DNA from: Hyphochytrium catenoides
Lineage: Eukaryota > Protista > Hyphochytriomycota
Length of the DNA: 64,000 bases
Direction of reading: 5' to 3'
Assembly: GCA_900088475.1 (NCBI GenBank)
Contig: FLMG01003379.1
Coordinates: forward strand, 18,727-82,726
In this document: positions 50,901-62,157 of the stretch, in pieces
Layout of the letters: each line of letters begins with the position of its first letter
Position numbering within the stretch: the first letter of the stretch is position 1
The notes under the pieces: model-generated
What the model was told of the DNA's origin: nothing
Database searches by the model: none
What the model saw: the letters and a program-made list of their open reading frames with translations, nothing else
Position numbers and translations under genes: made by a program

Positions 50901-51157
50901 CCTCAGCGCGGTCCAGCACCCTCACCTCTGCCACAGGGCGGCCACAACCTGTGACGGCTGCAATGGGAGCTCCAGGTGGTCGTGCTCCACCAACGTCTCA
51001 GCCCGCTGAAAACGTCCCCTCCGCACCTGGGGGGCGGCAGACCCCCCGCCATGGTTCCACCGTCTTGTCCGGACCTTCCCCTCAACCTCCAACTCCTCAA
51101 CAAAGGCAGCAGAGAGAAGAGCCGAAGACATTTCGATCACGTTTCTTTAGGTCGTAG
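35991..51157 (+). CDS. DNAJC13: RME-8 / DNAJC13 / GRV2 homologue (endosomal sorting), highly spliced, with GYF_2 domain and degenerate J domain
   Basis: N-terminal CTKSTWKGKYFRLF..NITHDWKW; FNANVPASG; IWN-type repeats (TLVWNSKTR, EVIWLRSMR, LVIWNE, ELVWNYDIR); GYF_2 (EWFY..EGPVTVEELKQL..WLPLRECPHLRW); EFYCCNYYLKNLC..FPDWTIEDP; J-like helix AVRTAYRRLAR; ISLILKAQ. Confidence 0.92.
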
Positions 51158-51260
51158 AAAGGTCTAGCGATTACATGCTGGAAATCTGACATATGATAGT
51201 GGAACCGAACAGTGAAAAACCTCTTCCTTTATGGAGCAAGACGGAAGTGGAGCTGACAGA

Positions 51261-51533
51261 GTGGTACTCTGTAACTTTAGCCGGCTCTGCCTGAGGCCAT
51301 CGGCCTTCATTTTCTGTCTCAAGCAGCAGATAGAGGAGCTGAATACACGATGAACTAATAAATTATTTGGGATGAGCAGCGAAAGCTCTTACTGTGCAGA
51401 GCTAGGCAGACTCGAGGAGACACGAAGTAGTAATCTATGACTTTAAACGTGGCTCTGCCTGAGGCTATCGGCCTTCATCTTCTGTCTCCAGAACTTTAGC
51501 GAGTACTCTGCCTCTGGAGCGCCCGAGGTGGTA
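51261..51533. repeat. Dispersed 38-bp direct repeat (36/38 identical) plus short co-copied blocks
   Basis: ggctctgcctgaggc[c/t]atcggccttcat[t/c]ttctgtctc at 51283-51320 and 51451-51488; aactttagc at 51273 and 51492; gtactctg at 51264 and 51503. Confidence 0.9.
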
Positions 51534-54500
51534 GTGGAAGCAGAAAGCTCGGACGTATATAGCAACTCGCCATCAGCTGCTCGTATTTTGGACTCATGAT
51601 TGTCTGACACGGCGCTCCGGAAGGACGGAATCGCGACGATATCTTTTTCTCTGTACTCGGCCTGGAAAGTTCTGGCTGTCAGCGGCTGAGGCGATGACCC
51701 TCTAGCCGTACCGGGCCGGTTGATAGACTTGATTGGATCTTCCAAGGGTCTCTTTATGGGGGAAAGGGTCAGGGAAAGCAGGTCACTTTGCACTGTTTCG
51801 ATGGCTTCGTCATCTCTTGCTGATGAGTGTATGGGAGCTGAAATGACTCGAGATGAAGGACTCGAAGTATAGTTCGTGGCTGTCTCCCGCTGCAGGCTTG
51901 TGGACTGAAGATGGAGCTCTTTCCATGACTTATGGTCAAACTGAAGAAACAGCTCTTAGACAACCAAAGAAGTGAGAGAGACAGTTGAAAGACGTACAGT
52001 ACGGATCAGACCAAAGGTGAAAGAATGACAAGCAGGATAAAGAGGAGCGGGTATAACGGGAAAGGGTGCCGCGATGGCGCCACGGAAACGCCTAAAAACG
52101 CATCGAGCTAAGTTTGCTCTTGCACTCTGCTCACCTTAAGGTGCGACCCTGATTGCATCCTTGATACAGCAGCCGTCTGCAAGAGCATCTGCTTTAGCAA
52201 TTCAGCGAAGATGATGAGGAGGAAACCTTTCTGACCTTGGGTCTGGCTTGTACTTTGCGGTCTTTTAAAATGTCGCCGATATTTTTGTCCATCGTGAGTG
52301 ACGGCGGTCCACGTCTCATCGGGGCTGTTTTCGGCCGGGACGCTTGAAACTCTCTTCTCTGCCTTTCTTCCTCCTCCAATCGCTTCATCGCATCAAGCTC
52401 ACTTTTTGAGGGCGCATGTACCTGGAAACGGGACTGCTGGTAACAGACATATCCAAGGATGAGGAGCAAGCTACATTAGGAGCTGTTCTGAGGATACTTG
52501 GCGAGGAAATTTGATGTATTGAGGCACTAGGATGAGGCTAGAGTTAGAATTTCGTGGGCCGGTGGAGGTTCTTGGGAAACAGGAACGCGCTCAACAAGGA
52601 GTTTGGATGCGAGAAGCAAAGGTGATGGATAGCCAGCGTTACTTACTACCCCGTTTGCCGTCACCGGTCTTTCGATCTCCACATCGCTTTGAGCATAGGA
52701 AGAAGGGGTCGACTTATCCAGTCTTTCGCTAGGGGTGAGGCTTTGTGTGCTTGTATCTCTCGTGCTATCCCACAGCGGGATATGGCGAAATGGCAAAATA
52801 CGCAATATCGACGCAATCAGTATATACAGGGTGTATAGGAATATAGAAAAACACGACGGGAGGCGACTTCACCGTAGAAGAATGTGACGAAGGAGGATGT
52901 AGACTAATTGATCAAGCTGAAGCTGTGGTTATTGTGAGACTTCGATGAGATCAATGGCACAGGAGCGTTTACCTCTGCTGGCCGTCCACAGGCACAATGT
53001 TCTCTATGGCGAGGACTCCTACATCACCTTCGTCGTCGCTGGTATCTTCCACGTCAAGGTCATAGCGACCCTGAGGATTCGGTTGTATTGGGCGGTCATC
53101 CAATGGCGTACCGTCCTGCTAAACATAGGTGCTTAGATGCCCTTCCATCGTTGCGTCTTCCGTGTGTATCCCGGTCAAAGTTCAGTTGATAGTTCTTGAC
53201 TATCCACCCACCATCGTCAAGCACCTTGGTAAGACTGACTCCCCTCACAAGTTTGTTGTCTGACTATTCGACCTCTCAACACACCCTTTGTCTACATGTC
53301 TCTCTAGACTTCCGCCCTATCCATGTCTTTGGTGATGCCCTTTGCCTCACCTGCAGGGTGGCCTTGTATTGATCGAGGTAGATCATTACACTATCAGAAT
53401 CCAAGGAGCGCTCAAGCAAGTCCGTTGGAGTATCCTGCAATGTGTTGCAGAGGATTCCGTTAGCGTAGGGACATGCTTTCTATTATGGGTATCTTGCCAC
53501 CTGTCCTTCAAGTCCTGCTAGGCCCTCCGCCGCGAGAGATGACCTGCTGAAAGCTTCTAGATGCGTAAGTAGTAGTGGAGAATAGGAGGACCTCTGTGAG
53601 AGATCGTGGGGGAGCAATTGCGGGTTGACACTTCTGACCTTCAAAGTGTTCACTTTCACCTTTCTGAAAACCCAAAAAGTCCGAGGCAGCTTCTAGCTCC
53701 CCCTACGCATACACGAAAGTGCTTTAGGCGTGTGAAAGGTACATCATTATTTTGTGGGCGCGAGCAGACATAATCGCACTGTGCAGCGTTGTTGTCTCAT
53801 GCTCGTCGGCACTCCATGGCAGCTGATCTAACGGTCAGCCTTTGTTCTACGCGTTGCTCACCTTCTTCGGCACGGAAGTTGTGGCTTTTACTCCTCTTTC
53901 CGCAGTGCGAGGCGGGGCAGGGAAGGCCGCCGGATCATTCACAGCGTCTTCGAAGCTTAAAGCCCTACCTGTCGGGAGTGGTTCGTCGTCTCTATGGATC
54001 CTTCTGACTGACTTAGGTGGTTGGCCTCCGCTTGTAAAGGCTCCGGCTTGAGTGACGGAGGAGTTTAGAGAAGAGGACACCCCACGAGACGGTGATTGAA
54101 TGCGAAATCCTTGCGCAATACAGGATCTTGCGGAAGTAAGAGGACTCTTCGCTTTGCTTCCTTCATCCGCCATTCCTCTGCTAGTCCTGTCCAACGCTTT
54201 CTCTTCAACTTCTTCCTCAGAAGATGCTCCTTCACTCTTCGCGTCCAGGCCTTGATTAGGGCTCGTTCGTGAGAAAGATGCAGCAGGCGAGTCTTTTGAT
54301 ATCGATTTCTTCTGCTCAAGTCCAAAGCTCTGATCCTCCTTAAACGGTGGTCTTTCAATGCTTGATTCTGGCACTAGGTCATCCTCATCAACCTTCCTCA
54401 GTGGGATGTCACGTGAGATGTCTGACCCTTCAACCCTGGCGGCTGTCTCTAGTTTGTCTGCTGTCAACTTATCACTTTGTTTTTTAAGGGCCTTCATTGT

Positions 54501-57414
54501 CGTAGGGAGAGGAGCATCGTCCCAGGCATTTTCAAGAGCAGCGGGCCGCATATAATCGCGCTTTTCTTCTTCTTGAATAGCTGGCGCAGCCAGTTCAACC
54601 TCTGCAGGTGCTTGAGGGGCCGAGTGAGCCCGTTGCGGCTGATTAGAAGCCGGTGTCATCTGATTGCTAGCGGCCCCAGCGATCGTCTCCCTTTCATCTG
54701 GGCGGAAATGTGAGTTAGAGATGGCACTTCTGGAGGACTAGACAAGACCGCTGAATGGAGATGGGAACGGAGGAAAGAGCAGTAGGCTAAATTTGGGAGT
54801 GCACAAGATAGGAAGGACGCTTCAGCGCTCATGGTACAGACCATAAAAAGTACTCTCAACTGGGACACTTTCCGGCCTCTGCGTTAGTGCTGGGTGCTGA
54901 ACTTCGGGCGGCTTTAACTGTGCTAACAATGACTCCTGTGAAGGAGAGAGTAGCAGCAATGATACCACCCGTTAATTGCCATTCCTCCTAGACGCTCCCG
55001 GAAGTTTGCCTAACCTGCAGTTTTAGCATCGATTGGAGTTTCTGCTGATCCGCAAGAAGCTGTGCCTTTAGATACTCAATCTCCTTGAAGGAAGTATCAG
55101 GCTGGGTTGGGAGGCCCCAGTTCGTCATATACGGGTTGAGATGAGAGTTATAGTACTGATGAGGAGGAAATGAAGGGAAAAGGTAGCTTGGACCGCTTCC
55201 CGGCACGCCCCACTGAGAGGTGGGGAGTTGAGGCACTTGCATCAGCGGAACTTGCTGGTAGTGGGAGGCGAAGCTCTGAAAGTCTTGATGCTGGAATACG
55301 ATGAGTAAGCAAGAGGGACCTCATTTTGACACGAAACACCAAGACTATAGAAATAGGTAGGCTGAGTCTTTCCAAAGACCAGAACTCCGCCATAAAGGCT
55401 GTACAAATCCAAGGTAGAGAATAGAAAGTAAAGGACCAGGCTTGCGGTGGCATGCGTAACCTGATTTGAAGGTGGCGCTAGATCGGGCTGAGGACCGGAG
55501 TATGAGTGAAGGCCGTCTGAAAACGCAGTCGGCCGTTGTGCCCAGTCGTTGACAATGCCGCGATTTCTTGCGTCCATCTCAGGTTGTTGGCTCTGATAGC
55601 CGAGCTTACCACTATCAAGTTGAGAGAGCCCTTGGTGGTGAGGACCAGTAGGCCAGGCCTTAGGTTCATCATGCTGCATTCTTGGTGTTTCCTGAATTTG
55701 CTGCGTGGGTTCGTAGGACTGTTGCACCTAAGGGTTTGCCAGTTAGAGAGTATATGGAGGAGTCAGGAATTAGACATAGTACCAGAGAAACAAAGCGTTA
55801 TTGTTGAAGCTGTGGTGAGTGTAGACGACGTCTTGCAAACCTGAGAAAGCCCAGCTCTGGAGTCATTCTCTCGGTGTCCGCCCTCTCTTCGTTTATCTTC
55901 CTGTTTACTGCGCTGCTTCTGATCAATCTGAGCCTCAAGCACAGCTCTCTGCTCAGCTATCATTCGCTGTCTCCTCAGCGCCTAGGAGTGGGTTTAAACT
56001 CTGAGCCAATGCGGACATGGATGAGGAAGAAGAGGAAGGAAACCACAGACGCCAAAGACAGCGCACTAAGACGCCCTTCTTTATGAGAGCTTGCTTGGTA
56101 TGAAGCGTAGTGGGAACGCTATGAGACGAAGGTAAGGCAGAAAAGGAAAAGAAGGAAGCTTACTCTCTCCTGCTCTTCGGGTCTTAGTGCACTGAACCTG
56201 AAGCGCGTGAAATTATGGTTTGAATGCCCGCCTTCTTCCCCTCTCGGGCTGGGCTCAGACTTTCCTTCCTGCGGCCTACTGTCCGCTGGAGGAGGCACCT
56301 ACCGGTCAAGGTAGTAGTAAGAGGTGCAGTTTGGAGCGTTAGAGAGAAAAATGTATACATCGATAGTCAGCCCTGTCAAGCTTTTGCCAGTCAGGCTTCT
56401 TACTCTTGCATCTTTTCCTCTTGGTCCATTTCCGTTCTCTCCAATGACGAAGCTCGACTCTCCTCCGTAGAACTGACGTTCAAACTCCTGCTCTTTTCGT
56501 TTCTCCAAGGCAAGGCTGAAAGCAGAGTTAAGGGGCGTCATTCAGTGGCCAGGAAGGTGTGAAGACGGTATGACGAGGCTGGATAGACTAACCGTTCTTT
56601 CTTCATGCGTATTTGTTCGTCTAGCTCTGCCGCATAGTTCTTGCTTCTGAGAGCTGTTGGTTGTGGCTGTTGAGTGCTCAGTTCCCCGGCATGTTGTGCC
56701 TGGTGATGATCCTGCTGGTGCTGTGACGATTGGTACTGCTGTCGCCCTTGATGTACTTCATTGCCTCCTCCGGCCCTCTTCTTCATCTGGCGTCATGTAG
56801 CAAGAAGTTGCATTAGGAACTAGATAAGAGCAAGTTTATGCAGATGAAGCGACAGATAAGCCAACGTAGGGGGCGTAAGCATTAAGGTTCGGATGTTAGC
56901 GATAGGAAACTGAAGGACAACTGTCAGCGGTTTTCATAGCAGGATGTCAATCCGAGATACCCTCAGATACCTCAATCTGCTCTAGTAGAGCCAGACGGTA
57001 CTGCTCTTTCTGCTCTCTGGCTGAGGCCATTGCTACTTCAGGAGGCGGATTGCTGGGAAGGACGCCTCCATAGGGTTGGGCTCCTGTCAACAGCGCCTTA
57101 GCACTTTCAATGCCTATCGAACGCGCTGCAGCCTATAGCATCACACCTGTCATTTCGGGATTGCCAATGTGATCCGCATTGCCAGCCTGCGCCGGGCGTA
57201 TGTAAGCCTGTGGGTAAGCAGGCTGGGGGTAGCCATAACTCTGCTGCATAGGGAAGCCTCCCACAGGACCGCCTCCACGCACTGGATTAGGATGACCCGG
57301 TGGTCCTGGATAGCCTCTCTGGAACTCTGGTGGTACCGCGCCAGCTGTCATGGGGTCAGCACGTCTGCTGTGGTCCCAAGGAGACGACGGGGTAGGATAG
57401 AAGCTCTGAGACAT
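51443..57414 (-). CDS. Large low-complexity protein with three CCDC66/CSPP-like helical motifs (putative ciliary/centrosomal), multi-exon
   Basis: P/G/Y/Q-rich N-terminus (MSQSFYPTPSSPW..); EQKEQYRLALLEQIE|MKKR, KNYAAELDEQIRMKKER, EQRAVLEAQIDQKQRSKQEDKRRE; later LERSLDSDSVMIYL; ends KADSLRQSHV*. The family call rests on motif resemblance only. Confidence 0.65.
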
Positions 57415-57908
57415 TTTCGCTGCCGTTGGTATCCCTTGCCGTGTCTATTTGCTTCCCAAACTAGCTAACCATTGTCCGAGACATTGAAAGATTATCTCGC
57501 CACTGGACTACTGTCAAGAAAGGCAATGGAAAGGGAGATTTACTCATTTATCGACGCATTATAGAGCTCTGTGCTGCTTCGCGAACGCTAAGATTGCGCC
57601 TGAGAGTGCGATGAACGGAAGAAGAGTTACGCAGAAGCTTCTGCTCCAAGTGAAAACAGCCGAGAAAATGGGCACATCAACTAACACGGCTACTATTCAG
57701 AATGTAGGCAAAATATATCTATATATAAAGAACAATAAGATCAGTATTATTTTTGATCAGGCCGGTATTTTCAAAACACACGATGATGGCGCCAAACTCT
57801 GAGGAGAGGAGTAGAAAGTGTCCTTTGGGCCCTGAGTCCCACCTTCCTTTCCTTGCCTTTGTCTATCGTCCCTTCTCTCTCTCTTCTCCCATTATCATTG
57901 CTCAACGC

Positions 57909-60900
57909 TTAGGCCCACCCCAGTTGGCGCTTGAGGTCAATCACATTGTCAGAGATGATGCCGTCTACGGGCTCATGGAGCTGCTGCTCAACGCACTCAG
58001 CCAAAGTGTTCCGATCACCCCACGTAACCACTTGCGGAATCCTTTTCTTCGCTTCATGCACAAGTCTCGGGTGCTTCAGCAAAGGCGTTGAGTGACTCAC
58101 GACGCCTTCCAGTCCCTGCGCCTGGACGTAGGACACTGCTTGATCGAACGACAGGCATCTCCTGTCCGGGTAGTAAGTGTACATTCCGGCGTTTGTGAGA
58201 AAGAGAACGGGATAGATCGGTTGTTTCCAGTGAAGCATGGCGCAGACGTCCGGGTCAAAGCTCGAGAAGAAGACCCTTCGATCTCCCGCGTGCTCAAACA
58301 CGCAGCGCAAGATGGTGTCAACGTAGGTGTTCATATCGAAATGGGGAAGGTCGTAGAGAGCTGCATCCGCGCCGCCTAGAGGGTACTTGATCTCAACGTT
58401 GAACCCGATATGGGGTGGGGTGTACCTGTGTAGAGGAGAAGATAAAGTTCAATAGGTATCACCAAGCCTGAACGAGATAGATAAGAAGAGAAATGGAAGG
58501 AAGTGACGACCCGTTTGTCTCTTCAAAACCTCAGCAGCTCAAGTCACCTGAAGACCTCTTCCAGGGTGGGAATCTTCTCAAGACTGGCTCGAAACTTTGT
58601 CCTTCCGTGCGGCTGCCATTCTCGGCCTCTCATCCGTATAATTTTTGTCCAGTGCTTCCTTATTCGCCATTGTAGCTTTGAGGTCGGATGGCTGATAGGA
58701 GCCCACTCTACACTCTGAAGGTCGTGAAGAGTCATCGTATGCACTCCTGTCTAGAAAGAGTTTGAGCCTTAGGTCAAGCAATGCGCAGCAGTCCCAGATA
58801 CGCCTCAGCCCTAGAGAGTGACAAAGACCCTTCTGCCTTCAGGCCCTTCCTGTTGATTTCTCCGCCTCTTTGTCTTCCCTACGGTTGACTTGCACTAGCA
58901 CTCAGCCACTAACATCAGTGGAGCCTCCTTGTCAACACATCCGCCCTCACCTTGAATGGTCCAGAGACTCCGCGCAACTTCACAAAGAGCTGGAAATCAT
59001 GGTAGACCACGGGAACCAGATCGCTGGATAGTTGTACGTCAAACTCCACATAGTCTGCACTGGATCCGCCAGCTAGTGCGAAGGACAGCACCGTATTCTC
59101 TCCTATACCAGAGACTCTATAGCCCGGAGGTTGGCGGAAAGAACGCCCCATTCCTCTATGCCCAACAATAAGCGGTACCGGCGTCAGAGCCTTAGAACGC
59201 TGAGAGCGAGAGAGGTTGCAATTCTCGTGAGAAAATGGCTTTGTTTGCACGACGTGCACTTGCAATACACCTAAAAGAGGGTTCCCAGTCGCGCTACTCC
59301 CATTCGAGATGATTGGAAGGCTCGCCTGCACGTAGAATAGGAGAGCTCTTGATTAGGGCTTTTGCGAAGGATTCAGTGTGAAGAGGAAAGGTTTTACCTT
59401 CGTAACGGAGGGGTTCAACTGACGGCATATAAGAGAGGCCAATCCCAAGACCTCACCCTTCTCTCCGAGAATGTTGAACTCAAACAAGGTGCTTGGAAGC
59501 GCTGCAGTCTCAACATAAGCTCCGAAGGAGATCATTTTAGGGTTGTTATCCGTTGGGAGCGTTGACGCCACGAGCTGCGTTTGACGAGGAGGTATAGCAG
59601 ACGAGCTGCCCTCGCCTATATCCGTCTCGGTGCCGTATGCGCTCTGTCGCTGGTACCATGTTGATAGCTCTGTCCAGCGATGGAGCCCTAAAGCCTGCCA
59701 TAAATTATCCACCGAAACCATCAAGCATGTGAGCTCTGTCAGCGCTTTAACTTCTTGGAAGAATGGGAGGCCTTGAAACAGAGAGTCGATACCAACGACA
59801 TCTCCTGCTTTCACGGCCCGCTTCTCTCCTAGGATACTGAGCAGCTGACCACATGCTGGTGAGCAAAGACACCGTGGACAGTTTCATGTAAGATTTACCT
59901 GCACTCTGCCCGAAAGGATAAGGTAAGCGGCTGCAGGTTCCTGAGAGCATTGCACTTTCTCGCCCCTGTGAAGGTTGAGAACCTTGGCTTGGTGACATAC
60001 TGTGTCGTATTCTTCGTTCGTTAGCTGCCGGAAGAGCCCGACTGATTCTCGAAGTGAGAGAAGACTCACAGATGATTCAGCGGTCAGTTGCAGCTCTTCA
60101 TCATGATCGTCTTCTTTGAGCGGTCGGGGATCGAGGGTTATGAACGGTATATCTTTGCAGACGGCATCAAACGAGTCTCTTTGTGAGGAGGATTTGGTAT
60201 GAACTTTTAGCCGCAGAGAGGCCGCCGGGTGTTCATCAAACCATTCTACTGCGGGTTGAGAAATGCGGTTGCCTACAATGAACCGTATGAGAGATCTTTT
60301 CTGGTCCCAGAGCCAATCAGTTCCTAGGTCTGGTTGCACATTGTACCATGATTGAGCAGGGTACAGGTCGCTGCCGTTGCATCCCAGCCAACCGTCATCC
60401 ACCTCTTGGCAAGCCTGCCCTGTGTGGCTTTCCAGCACTGCCACCTCTGCGAGCGAGAGCGTCCCTTTGGATTTCAGTTGTACTCTCACAAAACGAAAGG
60501 CTTGCTGGCCTTTTATCTCAACCTCGTGTCTCCTGTTCCTCTCTCCTAGCGCTACACACACCTGAGAATTCTCCTTCTCAACTTCTGCTAGTCCAGCACT
60601 TATCGACAAAGAAGACATCACGAGCTCCATGTCATTGTTCCAGTTCTTGCGTTCTTTGGAAGAGGCAGGCTCCCAAAGGACAATTTTGCTTATTTTGGTC
60701 TGACGAGGTAGCTCTACCTCCCACCAAGGCTGATCCTCCTCCTCCGTTCTAGAGCACAACCATTCACCGCTAGCTGTTGCTCCATTGACTGCAAGTGCTG
60801 CAGGACGGGGCAGCGAGTAGGGGCCCCGAGACGAACGAAAAGTAGAGCTCTGCTTTGTGGGCATAAAGGCCGCACGGTTAACATATCCGGAAAAATAGAC

Positions 60901-61415
60901 GCGGCTTGAGGGTCTGGACTCCCAGTACTGCAGGGAACCTGTTGGGACACCGCGTTGATAATCAAGAAGTAATAGTTGTGTTTAGAGAAAGGCAAGAGAG
61001 TGAAGCGTAAGATAAAAAGGACAATGACCTTCAGAGTTCTTGACGAGGTATCGGTATTGTACCACGGTGCCCTCATCAAATGAGGTATTAAAGGCGAATA
61101 CAGGCTCCTTCGTCGTGCTGAGCCTGTCGCAACTCTCCAACTGCTTGGCCTGATCCAGTTGCCTTGAGCAAAACGCATGAGATCAATATAACCATCGCAA
61201 ACTAACGGAAACAGCAGCGAGAGCAAGTGTAAGAAGGGAAAGCGAAAGGCGAATGTGAGAATCTGATTGCGGGTGAAGAATGCTGAGATTGAACAACACT
61301 GGATGTACGCGCAGTCATACCAGGATCCCAACTCCGGCTGGTCGCCGATAATGCAGAGAATCTCATCCTTTAGAATCCGTGCTCTAACAACAAATTGCAC
61401 AGCTACTTTGGCCAT
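57909..61415 (-). CDS. Glycerophosphodiester phosphodiesterase, GPCPD1/GDE5-like: CBM20 + F-type-lectin/discoidin-like + cNMP-binding-like + GDPD
   Basis: CBM20 (VQFVV..CIIGDQPELGSW..VQYRYLV..YWESRPSSR); GDPD motifs LIVGHRGMG, ENTVLSF, VEFDVQLSSDLVPVVYHD, IPTLEEVF, GFNVEIKYP, FFSSFDPD, VVTWG..N, VDGIISD. Confidence 0.92.
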
Positions 61416-62157
61416 TTTCCTCGAAGTCTTTCACCTTTAGATAACCTATGACCACCTGCGAACACTGCTCTTACACATGCAAACCGATAGCCCTCGATGG
61501 TGAGACAGGTACACCTCGATAGTCAGGGCCTAATCTGCATCTTATCTGCGCTGCGGCGGGCTGCAGTTCTCAGAAGAGACTGAACAGGCACGAAGCTCTG
61601 AATCTTGGGAAGTTGGTGCTTCGCAATGTCGGTGAGATCTTCGGTTCTTCTCTATGTAGTTTACCATGCTCTGATCAGAGCTCCCCCTGGACCAAAGGTG
61701 GCACTGCTGACCTGGGGGAGTACTGTATTTGAACCTACAAAAAATGGAGCGAAAAGGGGATTGAGGAGACAGAAACAGAATATTACAAGGGCCTTAGGGA
61801 GACAGAGTTGGCATAGAGATGGCCTGTTCTGCGCAAACCCATATTTGCGAGAAGGAAGAGTGAGAAGAGACACGGGCGCGCGGAAGACGAGGATGGCCAG
61901 GTCAAGAGTAAGTGCTTTTGGGTGCCGTGCTTCTTATGAAGTGCAGCAGGAATGCTCCCTCAGGAGACGACAGCAGCCCAGCAGCGATGCAGCAGCGATG
62001 CCATAACTGCAGAGCAAAGAGACGAGACGGGACTTCGATTGACAGTGCGCGGCAGCTCGTTCAGGCGCGGAAGAGGTCGGGTACAGGCTGGGCAGTTAGG
62101 GAGGTTAGAGCGATCCGACTGTGGTGAAGGTCAGGGCGTTGAAGCCCATCAGACGAA

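Noticed and set aside
1-61415. LPCAT and GDPD as a phosphatidylcholine-turnover gene cluster
   Set aside because: They are about 55 kb apart with ten unrelated housekeeping genes between them.
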